Assembly: GCA_965112735.1 (NCBI GenBank)
Contig: OZ218962.1
Location: forward strand, 1,674,001 to 1,738,000
DNA from: Phaeosaccion multiseriatum
Lineage: Eukaryota > Protista > Ochrophyta, other classes
Reading direction: 5' to 3'
Length of the DNA stretch: 64,000 nucleotides
In this document: positions 12,044 through 27,562 of the stretch, piece after piece
Layout: every line of letters begins with the position of its first letter
Position numbering within the stretch: position 1 is the stretch's first letter
Position numbers and translations under genes: made by a program
The notes under the pieces: generated by a model
Database searches by the model: none
What the model was told of the DNA's origin: nothing
Seen by the model: only the letters and a program-made list of their open reading frames with translations

Positions 12044-13513
12044 ATGTTTCTCGTGCTCGTGATTACCGCTCTGTTTGCAGCTCTGTTCTTTGGCGATGCA
12101 GGTGCATTCGTCCTTCCTTCCGCTCTCCAGCTGCTGCCATCCAAGCAGGCTTTCTCCGCTGCGCCTCAGGACATGAGGCATCCAAATATGGCCGAACTCG
12201 CCGGGCGGTCCTTTGCTCTGTGGGGAAAGGGCGGCGAGGGTTTCGATGTCGAGAAGAGCACTCCTCCAGAGAAGCAGGAGGAGCTGCAGCAGCAATCGCA
12301 GCAGGCACCTGACTCCACCTTCGAGAGGCAGGAGCTGGCAGTGAGTACACGGGTGGGGGGGCTTGGGAGAGAGCGGAGGAAGAGCGCGGTTTTGTAACCC
12401 ACGTCTCCTTCCCGCCACAGGTCATCTTCGACACGATGGAGAAAAACGACGTCTACTTTGCTGGACTTGGCCCAGACCAAAAGCAGGCCATTCTCGAAGT
12501 AAGTGTGTGTCAGAGAGTACCAATTCCCCTCACAAGTTCCGCATCTCTGACGGCCCTCGTCGTCGCTTGCGTAGTATGTGTCCCTCATCTGCTCTTCAGA
12601 GTCTCCTGTTGCCCCCAACACGCTTGCGAGTGGTGACGCCTTGGTGGGGAGGTGGAGGCTGGAGTTTAGCAACGAGAGTCGCTACGCGGTGAGTGCATCA
12701 GTCAATCAATCTGCCTATGCGTGTGCCGGTACGTTTCCCCCTGCTCAGCACATCTCTCTCGTGACAGTTTTTGCCTCCAGGTGCCGACGTGCTCATTTAT
12801 ATTTACGATGCAGGTAAGAAGTGGTAGATTGGGTCAGGAGGATGGGACCAACCCTTTTCTCAGCACGTCCTTGCGTGTGCGAACTACAGGCAAGACCGGG
12901 CGATTAGACAACATCATTCAGTTTTGGAAGAGCTGGTCCGTCAAGACTCTGCGCACAGTCGCGGACTTCGAGCTGAACCGTGACGGAAAGGCGAGTAAAC
13001 ATTGCAGCGCATGTGGTGCGACAGCAAGGAGTTTCCTAACGACGTCCTTGTGCTGGCGCACCACCCTCCTCCTTCCAGGTGCTCTACACGTTCCGGAAGC
13101 TCACATCAGACTTGTTCGGGCTCAACATACCGTTTCCTGTGCCCAAGGGGCCGGGCAACTTCGTGGACGTCAACTACTTCGATGGCCGCTTCTGGATTGA
13201 ATCGTGCGTGAGCTTTCCATGCTTAGGGAGGGGGCGGTGGGTCTTGATCTTGATTTTTTCTCACCGCTCCTCTCGCTCTCCCTTGGCAGGCTTTACGAAG
13301 GCGAGGGCGAGGCCCAGCGGCAGGTGCGTTCCATGGGGTCTTTACCAAGGCACAGGGCACAGGGCACAGGGGGCTGAGATTCAAGCTACATGATATTGCT
13401 TCTCTTGTCTCTTTCTGTCTCTTACTCCCCCTGCGCAGGCGTACAACGTGTACAGACGGCTAGGAGACATTGACGAGTCGGATAAAAACAAGGTTCGACC
13501 AAGAAACAAGTGA
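12044..13513 (+). CDS. Plastid-targeted PAP/fibrillin-like protein, multi-exon
   Basis: Signal peptide with AGA-FVLP cleavage motif (ASAFAP type); LVGRWRLEFS and NFVDVNYFDGRFWI resemble fibrillin-domain motifs. Confidence 0.6.
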
Positions 13514-13783
13514 AGCAGGGAAGCAGACAGCGTAGATTAACAGACGGCTTCATACCGCCGTGGTTAAGGAGCTGGACCCCTGCCCAGGGAGAGGGAGAGG
13601 TCGGCCCCTGACGTGCTACCATTTAATTCTTCAGTAGCATGCTACAATGTATGGTATTAGAAAGAAAGTGGGGGAGAACTTAAATTCAAATCATAAAGGG
13701 CGCGCCCTTCCCAGTCCAGAGCTGCAGCTGCTGCTGCGTGCCTTTGTGATCTCCTCTTCGTTTTGCAGCGCCACAGTAGCTGT

Positions 13784-16291
13784 ATGTCGGAGCGTGTGCT
13801 GGAGAGGAAGCTGAGAAATGTGCTTGACCTTCGAACGGACTCTCCGGCAATGGTGGACTCCCTGCTTGCCATCAACAACTTGCTCTTGGATCAGCAGCGG
13901 CAGCAGCAGTCCTCTGCCGCCCGGAGTGGCAACAGCAGCGGCAGCAGCAGCGCCATGGAGGCGAGGAGATCTCTCAGGGAAGATTTGGACAAGCAGAACC
14001 ATCGCCTGGCGGCGTCCTTCTTGGCGAGCTACAGCACTCTAAAGGAACGCTTTGACGGACTGGATGCGCATATTTCTGACTTGGAGAAGGGGTGCAAGAG
14101 CATTACGGACCGCTTGTCCGCTGCCGATAGTAACATGAGCACGTTTACCAACCGCGTGGAGACTCTCTCGCAGCGCAGACAGGATTTGAACAGCAAGGGC
14201 GAGCACGTGGCCTTGTTCTTGGACAAGTTTCAGCTTTCGCAGCAGGAGAGGGCCGCCCTCCAGACCCCCATTGGCTCGGAGGGGGGCAAAGCTTTCTTTG
14301 CAGCGCTCCAAAGATTAAAGGCCATCCGGGAAGAGTGTTTGTCTCTGGTGGGGTCGAAGCACCAGGCGGCCGGGTTTGAGCTTCTGGAGGAGCTCTCCCA
14401 GTCTCTGGAGAAGGCCTACGAGGTGCTCTTCGAGTGGGTGCAAGACAAGTGCAAGGCCCTGGAGGAGGAAACACCGGAGGCGGATGCTACTCTACAGGTC
14501 GGTGTAGGTCGGTGTATTGGAGGCTCTTCCTTTCGTTCTTGTTTTGAGCTCGCAACCAATTTCTTAACCCGAGAGTCTCGCCCGTGTCTTGGGAGCAGGT
14601 GGTGATGAGAGCTCTGCGCGATCGACCGCGCTTCTACTCGCACTGCCAAGAGGGTATCGTGTCGCGGAGGAAGAAGCTCGTGGTCCAGCGCTTCATGGTG
14701 CGCGGGCGCGGAGGGGCTTTCCGAAACACCACCACTTTCTTCTCACCGTATGTCTCTTGCTTGTTTATGAACAACAGGTTGCGCTTACTCAAGGCGCAAA
14801 CAACATCAGACCCATTGAGATCCAGGTAGTGCTGGTCCTACTGCTGCTGCAGCAGAGTTGGTGGGGGGCGAGGGGGGTGAGCCACGACCGTATTCCTTTT
14901 TTTGCCATCAAACTTGTCTTGCCCCCACGCACCACCCGCACATCACCTCAACGGACGAAGGGCCGCCCCCCTCCCCCTTATGAATGCCTCTGTAGGCCCA
15001 CGACCCCGTGCGATACGTGGGAGATATGCTCGCGTGGGTGCATCAGGCCGCGGCGGTGGAGAGGGAGGTGCTGGCGGCGGTGTTTGGCGGAGGAGCACCA
15101 GCACCAGCACCACCCGCAAGCTCGGGTGCGATTGAGGAGGAAGGCGCCGCAGCAGAAGCCGAAGCCGCCGCAGCTGCAGAGCTCGTCTCCGCGGGAGACA
15201 TGCTGGGGCAAGTGCTCAAAGGCCTCGCGCCGCTGCTGCAGGGCCGGGTGCTGAGCGTGGTGGAGGAGAGCGGCGACTTCGTGGTGGGCTACACGCTGGT
15301 CAATTACCTGGCCTTCTACGCCAAGACGATTGCCCAGCTATTTCCCGCCGCGGATGCTGCTGATGCTGATGCTGCTGCTGCTGTATCATCAACTGCTGCT
15401 GCTGGTCGAGCGAACGCCTTGATGGAGGCCTTGCAGGCGTGCCACGTCGCGGCTGCGAAGAAGCTGGCGGACAGCATTGCGGCATACGGACAGCGCTTAC
15501 TGCTCTCCCCTGCAGCCTACTCGTCCGACCTGCTGCCTCCAGCGGCGGTGAAGGAGGGATGCAAGAAGCTGTCGGACGTTTTGCGCATTCACGCCGCCTC
15601 TTTCGTCGTGGACGGAGATGAAATAGGCCAAGACGTCAACGCGCTGCTCAAGGCCCTCATCGAGCCCATCCTGGAGAGCTGCTCCCTCAGCGCAGAAGGG
15701 CTGGGCCCGTCCGACTCTGCCGTGTACATGCTGAACAACATTGGCGCTGTACGCAACGCGCTGGCCCCCTTCGCTGGCGCTGGTCAGGGGTGGGCCGAGC
15801 GTCTCAAGGACGGAGACACTGCCGCCTGGGTGCAGAATCTGGTGGAGAACCAAACAGCCAAGATATTGGACAATTGTGGGCTCTCGATTGTGCTGGACGG
15901 CCTCGCAGGGGTGGATGGCGGCCAAGTGGCCAGCCTGGTGCCTGGGCTGGACGCGGAGAGCATCTCCCAAGCCGTCACCTCCTTCTACTCACACATCTTC
16001 TCCCTCTCCATGCCGGAGTTTGAGAGGCTCGTGGACCCAGCTGTCAAGGTGAGAGTGAGTGGGGTGTACGCCTGGAATGGGTCGGTCGTGTGCATGTCAC
16101 GTTGCTCAGCCTTCCTCCCCTCCCCTCTTGTCTCACGGCTGCAGTCCCTGGCGCGAAAAGGGACGGCCATGGCCATTTCGGATGCCCATGCCGCGGTGTA
16201 TAAAGCTGTGTTGGACCCCACCAACGAGTACGGAGACGCTGCCTTCATGCGGCACACCCCCGAGCAGGTAAGCATGCTCGTCGAGGAGTGA
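13784..16291 (+). CDS. COG6: Conserved oligomeric Golgi complex subunit 6, multi-exon
   Basis: ARRSLREDLDK, FLDKFQLS, KAYEVLFEWVQ, RPIEIQ|AHDPVRYVGDMLAWVHQ, HTPEQVSML. Confidence 0.9.
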
Positions 16292-16947
16292 TTTCCGCCA
16301 GGCTCGCTCCCTCTGGGGGCGCTCCTCCGTGGCGGGACCTCGAGGGGCCGACCCACACACACCACACCTGCAAAACCCAAGGTAGATACCGCCCTCGAGA
16401 TGACAGGACGGAATCAGACGGCCTCGGGAGAGGCAGGGCACCCTGCTGCTGCTGCTGCTGCTGCTGCCCCTCCACACAAGGACGAGACGCCCTCAGGGTG
16501 GTTCACCCGTCAGAGTGGAGTGAGTGGGAAATTGTGCGTCTTGAGTCTTTCCCCACGGGAGTCAAAGCATTGGGAGACGAAGCAGATGCTCAGGGTAGCA
16601 GCGAATGGCCCATGCGAAGGGCATGATATGGGGGAGACGATCAGACAACGGCTCGAACACCCCCCCCTCCACGCGCAGTACTTGCTACCCACCACCTGCG
16701 CACGCAGCAGCAGCAACGAGTGCTCCCCCCCCCCGGCGCCCGTGCAGGGCCTGGCCACTCAGTGCCCAGCGGCGAGAGGTTGGGAGAGCAAGGGGGGAGG
16801 ATTGCATGGCTGAGAGGACGCAGGGCATCATGGGCACGCGCATCGGCATGAGTGCTCCAGCCGACGCGCTCCCTCGAATGCAATTCTAGAACGACAGGAC
16901 TCAAATCAAATTAAAACTCCTTTATTTCTGATGGCCTCTAGTAGGCT

Positions 16948-18411
<1,464 letters not shown>

Positions 18412-18641
18412 CGTTAAATTTTTTTTTGCTGAGTGTGTGTGTGTGAGGGGGTGACGGGAGGTTGACGGAGAACTGAAACTGAAACTGGCCTCTTCTCCCC
18501 TCAAACACATACATCAATGATAGATGATATATATAGTGGAGGGATGGAGATGATGTCTCCCTTTTTCCATAGTCTCAGCTGCTCTTGTTTATTTCAAATA
18601 ATAGCGCTATCAACCAACCGTCTGGCGGACGGGGATGGGTA

Positions 18642-21600
18642 TCATAAATCCGCCATGTCGTCTGGTCTGTCGTGTGGGTTGACCAGGCCCGGCACTGCGA
18701 GGCGGGCGGCTCTGGCCTCCTCCAGCTGCTGCACCTGCAACTTCTGCCGCTCCTCCGAGTACAGGTCTGTGTTGTCCTCCCCTGAGAACTCCTTGATGCT
18801 GACGAGGAAGTCCCTTAGATGCTGCTTGTACGTAGGCAGGTCCATGTTGACGTCGAACAGGCTCTGTACAAAGGTCACCACCTGCCCCTTGTTGAGGTTG
18901 GGGAAGGACGTGAGCAGCAGCTTGCACACGTATTCGCCCAGGAACTGCTTGTTGTCCGTGGCCTGCGGGTGCAGCTGCGGGTCGTAGAGGGGGTCCGTGA
19001 CCTTGCCCGTGGCCACGAGGTGGAAGATGAGGCTCAGCAGCGTGGCGTGCATCTTGAAGCCGCTCTTGTGCAAGCGGTCTGTCATGACTGCGAGAATGTC
19101 CTGGATGAGGGCCAGCAAGTACTGCTGGTAGAAGCCCTGCGCCACTGCGGGTGTCCTCCCCACGTTCTCCAACAGCTTGTGCAGAATCTCGAGGCCTGTC
19201 TCTGCAATGTTGCGCTCCGTATGCTTAAAGGCCCACACTACACTGTCCACCACTAGCTGCTGGTGCTCCGCTGGAATATCAAACAGGGCCCCAAAGCAGT
19301 GGTTGTTGACTGCCTTGATGAACTGAAAGAACCTGATTCTGTGCTCGGGAAAGTCCTCAAAGTTGCGAGTAATCATCTGCAGAGTGCACTCGAACACCGC
19401 CGACATGATGCGGGGCACAATAGGCACCACGTGCTCCTTCAGCCGCTCCACTGCCACCGCAAACAAAGTCAGCACCTCTGGGTCCCTCGCCCCTGCGATA
19501 CAGCGCTGATAGTCCCCCAACACCGGGTCCAGCATGGGAGGCACAAATGTCTGTGCCACAATCTCTGGCGGGGCGTCCGGCTCTCCTGACACCTCAATAA
19601 AAACGCTGAGCAGCTTGAGTGCCTCCTTCTTTGCGCCTCGCATAGCTTTGATGTTGGAGTGCCTCGTGGCAATGTCCCCCTGCGCCGCCACGGCTTGGCT
19701 AATGTGCTCGCTGTAAAATCTGTACACCTGCAGCATGTCCAGATACATCCCCCGCAGCTGGTACGTGAACAGACTGCCCACCGCCCCGCAAATGCGGACA
19801 TTGGTGCGCAGGATCTTGGTCACCTCCTTGACAGTGTCTGGCAGGAGGATGGAGTCGGGCTGGTCCTGCGCTCGAGCGAAAATGTCTTTCCATGCGTCGT
19901 TGGGCAGTTGCGTCAGCGTCATTAGCATGGCCACACGGTCCAGCGGTATCGTGTGGCCTCGCTCACTTAGCATACACGCCACTGCCTCATAGAATGTGTG
20001 CACCTGTGGGCGGGCGGGCGGGCGGGTGCCGAGCGTGAGGGTTGCGTTGGGGGGGAGAGTGGGCAGCAAGAGTGGGGAGACCTCTGTATACACACTACAC
20101 AGGTAAAGGGTTCGGTATTGTGCCCCCCCCCCCACGCCCCCCTAACATTCTCGCCTCGCCGCACCTGATGGTTCTCCAGGTCCGAGACAATCGTCGGCAA
20201 CTGTTGCAGCAGCTCTTCGATGAAGGGCCGAGGCTCTTCCTGCTGCACTGTCACAAATTTCCGTTTGCACTTCTGTGCAATCTTGAGAAAGGTGTCGCAA
20301 GCCATGTCCTGCACCCCCGGGTGCAGCTCGTGCATAAACTCAAACAGCTTGTTGACCACAGTGCGCAGGAACTTCCAGTGGGCCCGGAGAAAGCGCGGGT
20401 ACTGCCCCACCACGTACATAATGTTGCTCGCAATAACAGCCTTGTTCTCCTTCCCTCGCTTGTTCTCACACAGATTCAGCAGGTCCTTAATCACTGTCAC
20501 CAGAAACCGCTTCTCCTCCTCCTCGCTCATGGCCCCGCTGATGCTCCCAATCGCCCAGCACAGCGTGTTGAGCTTGTTCCAAGAGAACTCCCTCCCATCT
20601 ACCTGCAGACTCAAGCGCTCGAGCATGATAGACTCTGTGTCCTCATAGTTCAGGTGTGTCAGGTGCACGAGCGTCTCTCGCATCGCCTTATACTGCGCTA
20701 TTGCCTCTGTGTCTTTGGTCGTTTCTCGCACAATTTCGCCTGAGGGGGGGACACAGGCACGAACGAACGTAGCGCGGGGAGGGGTCGCTAGTCAAGGACA
20801 CTATGGCAAACCTTACCCCAGCCCCCCAAAACACACCCTCGCTAGCACAAGCACAGGCACCGTACACTCACTCACCATTGTCGTCCTCCACAATGAGCAC
20901 CTCCTCCGGCTTAGCCATGCGCATGATGAGGACGCCGCGTATCCGGCTCAGCACGCCTTGAAACACGTCCTTCCGCGAGGGCGGCCGCATAAGGTGCCTC
21001 GCCACCGAGGGGCTGTACGACACCTCGCTCTTGTACAGGTCCTGGCTGAGCGTCTGGTAGTACTCCAGACAAATCTTGAACACCTCCTCGTCTGGCACCT
21101 CCGAGATGCGCACCAAGTACGTGAGGCCTATGAGCATGCCATTCTGCTGCTCCGCATTCTCCAGCACCCTGCATGGCCCCGATTTCAACACAACAGAGCA
21201 ACGAGGTGGAGAGGCGTGAGCGGGTGCGGTGCGGTGGGGGCGAGAAGATAAACACACAGCACACACACACCCACCCACACACACAAGATGCAGCACAGCA
21301 CGTGCCTGAGATGGTCCTTGAAGAAAGATGTGAGAAACAGAGCCAGCTTCCTGATGAAGATCTGGTCCGAGTCACACATGTCTTCGTACTGAGAGGCCAG
21401 GTCTGTGTCCGGGGCCACGACGTTGGCCAGCTGCTCCATCAGTGTCACGTACAGCACGCGGAAGTGCTGGTCGTAATCTGGACTGAGCTCACTGAGCGAT
21501 GCAATCTCCGTCAAGCACTCTAGCGCTTGTGTCCGGAAGAGCGGCGCTGGAAAGAACTTGCCCAGCAGAGTCCTAACACACGCAAACACACACGTATAGA

Positions 21601-22549
21601 GTAAGAGCAGGGAACACAAGACAGCGGTGGGGCTGCACAAGACTAAACGTACCGAATGAGGTTGGTCTCGAAGATGTAGCCGAGCGGGATCCAAGTGAGG
21701 AAGCGCTGCAGCGTCTGCAGGGTGACGATGAGAAGGGACGGCCGCTGGCTGTGCTCCAAAATGAACTCACACAGCTGATACACCTTGGCAAACTCCTCGT
21801 TGAGCGACTCCTTCATCGTCTTGATCTTGGCAGTGGTCATTTGGTCCTTGCCATAGTCAAACACCTCCTCACTCAGCAGCTTCAGGATCTGCATGTTGTT
21901 CTCACACAACACCTCGCTCGTCTTGCTGGACCCCACAATGTCAGAGATGAAGGTGGGCCAGTTATGTGGCCACTCCTGCTTCAAAATAGCCACCAGCACC
22001 TGGTTCATCTTGCTCACAAACACCTTCTCCTTCTTGAGCTGCTCCTCGCTAGACGAGATTTGAATGATTTTCGTCACAATATAGTTTTTGATGCCATCCC
22101 GCTGCTTGGCCGTCATAATCTTCCACCGCGTGAGAATAGCATCGTCCAGGATCTGCACAGGTGTCCAGAGGGGAGCCATGTCAGCATTTTGAATTACTTT
22201 TGGGTTGCTCGTCTCCTTCTCTCCTCCATCACCATGCCGTACCGAGAGTGCGAAGAACTTTGTCTGCGTGTGCTCCGACTGCTCCAGGATGGCGTCTACC
22301 CTCGTCCACATCTCAAGGCTCTCCCGCATTTGCATCAGTAGAGTGTTGGCTTCCGCCCTCTGTGTGGGACCGGGGACACCACGATAACAACACAAGAGGC
22401 GAGGTTACTCGAAGAAGAGGGACGTGACCTTCCTTTAGCTCACGTACATTAGGGTGACTGGCATTGTACGCCGTCTCCACCACCTGTTGCAGCAGTGGCA
22501 CATCGAAGGGCAGGTTGAAGTCCTGCAGCTTAGCAGAAGCGGCCTCCAT
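18642..22549 (-). CDS. XPO1: Exportin-1 (CRM1), multi-exon
   Basis: [70 protein letters not shown]. Confidence 0.97.
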
Positions 22550-23289
22550 CTGCCCGGCCTGTGGGCGGAGAGAGTCGACTCTCTCCCCCCCTCCTCGCCC
22601 CCTGCAAATCCTCTGCGCTGCGTTCCTCCTTCGACACGCTGCGGCTGCTGCTAGCAGTCCCTTCTTGCTTCCCTTCTTGCTTTCTTCCCGCACGAAAGTG
22701 TGTGTCCGACAGCAACGCTTACACAGAGGAGGGAGCAAGAGGAAATGGTCAACGGCCGGAGAGCGGCACACGATGCGTGGGACTCGTTGATGGATAACAG
22801 AGCCCCTGATAACTTCTACTTTACGTTTCTCCCTCGCCGCGCCGAAAAGCGGCTCCGGTCTGCTGCAACAGCTGCAAGATTTGAAGGGAAAGAGAGGGAT
22901 AGAAAGGGGAGAAGGAGGTTAAGGAGCCCCCTCGGGGGGGAATTTCTAGTTTCAGCCTTCCGTCGCTCGCTCCCACGCCTTGCGCTCTCCCTTCTGTCCC
23001 TCTGTCCCTACCTCTGCATATGTAATAGGAAGAGGAGCGGGGTAAGCGGCAGCAGCAGCATTGAACCACCCTCCTTCCCTTCCCATCCCTCCCTCCCCCA
23101 AGTGAGTCTAAAAAATAAGTAGGGAGAGAAAAAAAAAAAAAAAATCTCCATCCTCTCCTCCCCTCCCTCACTCTTCCTGATCTATTCTACTGTCTCACCC
23201 CCCCCCCCCCCTTACATTGTACCTCCACGGCGCAGAATGCAGAGTTGCGGCGCAGCCGCGCAGCTGCCAGACTTTGGGAAAGGCTGGTG

Positions 23290-24850
23290 GGCATGGGGAG
23301 CCAAACCCCGTCGCTTCTCTCTGATCCGGGAGCAGTGCTTGGCCCCCAGGGAGCAGTGCATGTGCAAGGCACGAGACAGATGGCAACCGACGGGCCTCTT
23401 TTGATAACTTGGAAGTACAAAGAGGCTGTGCAAAAGGGACAGGAGCCCACCGGCGCTGGAGCAGCTTACGAGGGGGGAAATGTCATGGCATCAGTTCAAA
23501 GAATGGTGCGCTGACAAGGAGCTTGGAGATCGCATCATAACGTAGACAGGCCAGCTGCTTGACTTTCACAGAGACTATCACGTAGGGGCAGAACTTCGGC
23601 TTGCGCATCCGGACAGGGGTGAGCAGAGAATGGTCACTGGTACCTACGATCTGCTGGTCTGCTGGGCGTTCTCCGGGGCAAAGAGTCTGTCTTTAAGGGA
23701 GGGTGGGGCGTCTCGAAGACTTCCAGTGGGTCCGTGTTGACAGCGCTACCCGATTTCAAGGGCTCGGTCTATGCGCCAGGAGTATGTATGACTGGGAGGA
23801 CACGTACGCACAGCAGGGCAATTCCTACTTGCGCTTGGCTTTCATTATGTTTCAACCGCTTCGCAAAGGATGAGAAGAAGGGGGTGGAGAGGGTCGTCCG
23901 CCGTGGAGTGGGCGGGAAGGCCCTCCAGCGGTGACTAACACGCTGACTCGAAAGATTGGGGATAGCGCGAAGGTCCTGTCTTCCCCGACAACCCCCATCC
24001 TCGTTGAGATGGATGTTGAGGAGCTTGAGCAGTGCCTCCGCAAGGATGACAACCTCGAGAAGATGAGTCGCCAGGACACCCCCAACGAGCAGAGCAAGGA
24101 GATGGGATTGGTGGTTACATACAACACAGGGGAGGACCGTACCGCCTTGGTGGCTGAGGCTGCGAGGGGTCACGTTGACTGCTTGAGGGCTGATTCGCTA
24201 GTTGCCAACATTCCCTCAGATCCCGCGGAGGTACGCACACACATGCAAGTCGTCTCTCTGTCCATCTCTCCGTTCTTCTTGCCGGCCCATATGACGGTCT
24301 GTCAGCCTGGGGTGGGTCGGTCGGTCGGTCGGCCGACCGACTGTCTATTCTCTCCATCTTTCTGTCTATCCATGTACCTGATTTATCCATCTATCATGTC
24401 TCTTTATTCCCATCCTATTGCTTAGTACGTAAACGCGCTGAGAACACTGAGGCGATGAGGGCAAAAACTCGTCGGGGGGAAGGAAAGGGGTGCCCTTGCC
24501 CATGGTGGTACTGTAGTACCTCTGGCCTGCCGTACAACCCATCACACCAGAACGAGCAGCAGGCGGGGATGCAGCGGGCCCAAGCCGCAGAGAGATACGT
24601 CACCAGCGTCTGGCAGCTCATCAGGTAACGTTGCAATGATTTCACGGTTACTTTCTAGAGTTTGCTCTTCCAGAAGAGCGGCGGTCACTCGTCCCTCCTC
24701 TTTCTGTGTATGTGTGTGTGCATGGCACTCCCCTCCCCCTTTCCCCTGTCTTAACCCCTACTCCTCCGCCTTCCCTTCCTCCGGTCTGTGTACACAGCGA
24801 CAAACCCAATGAGTGGTAGACTTTCGAGGAGGTGGCGGGGCAGGCGGGGA
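23290..24850 (+). pseudogene. Fragmented coding-like sequence of unknown origin
   Basis: Protein-like segments in shifting frames with stops (e.g. 23245-23514, 23931-24230, 24425-24625) and intron-like microsatellite spacers; no recognisable domain. Confidence 0.3.
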
Positions 24851-25514
24851 GGGCGGTGCCGGCCGCGCTGGTCCCTCTTTCACGACCACCCACTTGATTA
24901 GGGGATTCGCCGACTTCCCCCCCCCCGGCGTCGACCAGGTGTGCGTGTGGGTTGTCTTCGTGATTGTGTGGAGAATGCGTGCCTGTCTGTCTGTGTGGCA
25001 GAGAGGTCCGTGTACTCTGTGTCCCTGTTTGGACGCCAAAGGGAAGAGGGGAAGGGTGTCTCGACGAGTTAACGTCTTAAAATAAATTGACCTCGACTTT
25101 CCCCTCGACTTCCGCTGGCTTAGGAGCAAGCACGGGAGCGGCTGAACACCGCCGCGGCGTTGGCGGAAAAGCGAGGGCGCTGGCGGAAAAGCGGGCGCTG
25201 GTACCAGAGGGGAGGAGGAGGTGGTGGTGGAGGAGAAGGAGGGGGAAGAGGAGAGAAGGGAGGGAGAGGGGGCGGAGGTGAGGAGGAAGAGTCGAAGGGG
25301 GAGGGTGTTTTGTGCTATTGGGTTGGCCTGGCGTGATGCTCCGTGCGGCAAGGCCCCTAATACAGGTGTGAGACTTGGAAGGAGAGAGACCAGCAGCATG
25401 TGCCGCATGCGACATGGCTTTGAATGAAAGAGAAGGAGCCTTCTTGGCGGAGATTTCCGATAGCGACTACCGCTGTCGGCATCATCCCCTTGATCAGAGC
25501 GGTGGCGATCCTCT

Positions 25515-25726
25515 TTCTCCTCCTCCTCCTCCTCCTCCTCCTCCTCCTCCTCCTCTTCCTCTTCCTCCTTTGTCTCCTCCTCCTCTTCCTCCTCCCTCTC
25601 CCCCTCCTCCTCCTCCTCCTGCTCCACCACCACCACCTCCTCCTCCTCCTCCTCCTCCTCTCCTCCTCCTCTCCTGCTCCTCCTCCTCCTCCTCCTCCTC
25701 CTGCTCCTCCTCCTCCTCCTCCTCCT
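25515..25726. repeat. Imperfect (CCT)n trinucleotide tract
   Basis: Read directly from the sequence. Confidence 0.9.
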
Positions 25727-25749
25727 CGAGCCCATACAAGTGTACCACC

Positions 25750-27562
25750 ATAATAGGGTATGCCAGCATATAGTCGCGTGCGAGAGAAATACCTCAGTTC
25801 TTTCTCTCTCCCACGACTACCCTGCCGGGCAAAACTTTCGAACTCAGAGGGGATGGAGAGTGTTGGGTTGGCTGTTATGGCTGAGGTGCTGGGTTGGCAG
25901 CTGTCCCCCAATCAATCGTTGAGTTGGAATTTCCGCTTTGTATTGACAGTTATTTACATTTACACGTTATTTACACGCATGCACGCGCACACATATACCG
26001 AGACACACACACCGAGACACACACACACGCACAGACACTCACACGCATCCTCTCTCACACTTACTACCCTCCTACCCTGGTTGCACCACTGGTTGCACTA
26101 CCCTCCTTCCTCACACACACATACAGAGCCTGACACACACACACACACATACGCACAGACACCCACACACACACACCTACCTCTCACACTCACTACCCTG
26201 CTACCCTGGTCGCACAACTGGTTGCACTACCCTCCTCCCTCTGACCCTCTCAAGCGTCCGCTCCTGAAGCCCCCGAAGCCGCTGCTCCTCTGTCTTCCTC
26301 TTGTCTAACGCCTTCCCACCAATAACAACTCGGAGCCGCTCCTCTGTGAGACCCCCGTAGATGCCAATACAGTCGATGTTGGTGGCTCTGGAGATGGCGC
26401 CACGTAGGTGAGGCCACTCGTCTTCTCCTGTGTGCCCGGAACGAGCACCACCTTTCCCCATGGTTTGACCCTGCGCCTTCCACACCGTCCACGCCCAACT
26501 GAGTCTCAGGGGAAACTCCTTCCGAGTCCTGCTGGCCGATTGGCCACTAGCACTACCTTTCCACTCGGCGACGACTGGAGAGATAGATAGGGCCAGATAC
26601 ACTGATGGGCCCTTTCAGCTTCGTGTGAGCTGCACTGAGCCTGGGTGAGGCTTTGCTGTAACGCGACGCGCCCGTCGTCGTCCCCGTTCCACTGCTGCAG
26701 ACGGAGCGCACGGAAATGGACACGTCTGTTCCACTGCCGCGTGACCCATTCCGCGCTGTCAACATCTGCCCTCGCCTGCGCCAGCAGCTCTTCATACCCC
26801 TTGTCATGCCCGGCTGAGGCTGCCCTCACTTGCGCCAGCAACTCTTCATCCACCTTGTCATCCTCGGCTGAGGCTGCGTTCACTTGCGCCAGCAGCTCTT
26901 CATCCACCTTGTAATCCTCGGCTGATGCGACTGTGCCAACTGCTGGTGCTACTGCTGGTGCTACTGCAAGTGGAAGAGAGTGCTGAGGACATGATGGTCC
27001 CACACGATCTGCTATCAACCAGTCCCCTTCGTCCCCCACGTCATCCTCCTCGTCCTCGTCTCGGCTGGTGTCAGCAGGGTCGACAGGCTGGATGAGCCAC
27101 CCCTCCGATGTGCTCTCCTCCTCACAGCAGGCATACGCTGGTCATGGTCAGTATTGCCGCAGAAGAGCACGGTATGAGAAGAGGTGGAAGTCAGAGACGC
27201 GGGAGCAGCAGCAACCGAGAAGGAAGGAGCCAGACGCACGGGGCTCCACAGGAGTGGCGTATTGGGGATAGCTGTATCTCTTTCTATTGCTATGTGTGGA
27301 TGATTTGGTCGATTTGGTGAATTTCGAAATTTCCCCCCCATGGCCATCAAATTTCTGCCCAAAGTGCTCGGAGCGCTGAGAGCGCAAGACATACCCTTCC
27401 TGAGCGCTCAGGAAAAATTTGGCGGAAAAGTCGATGGCCCAAATTTGGGGCTCGGTACGGGGGGGGGGGGGGGGGGGGGGGAGGGGGGGGGAAATTTGAG
27501 AAATAGAGGAAACATCTCACATACGGTAAGATAGAAAGCGTACTCGCTACGCTCGCACGCGA
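25750..27562 (-). mobile_element. Non-autonomous Helentron/Helitron2-like element, copy A
   Basis: Asymmetric 11-bp inverted repeat tcgcgtgcgag (25774-25784) / ctcgcacgcga (27552-27562); hairpin tatgc-ca-gcata near the 3' end; GCGAGCGTAGCGAG motif at the 5' end; PIF1 helicase remnant. Confidence 0.75.
26201..26590 (-). pseudogene. Frameshifted PIF1-family helicase C-terminal fragment
   Basis: FPLRLSWAWTVWKAQGQTM...AISRATN; degraded relative to the copy at 27916-28930. Confidence 0.8.

Noticed and set aside
24758-25911. Poly-E/poly-R/poly-P ORFs
   Set aside because: Artefacts of the (CCT)n tract with no coherent domain.
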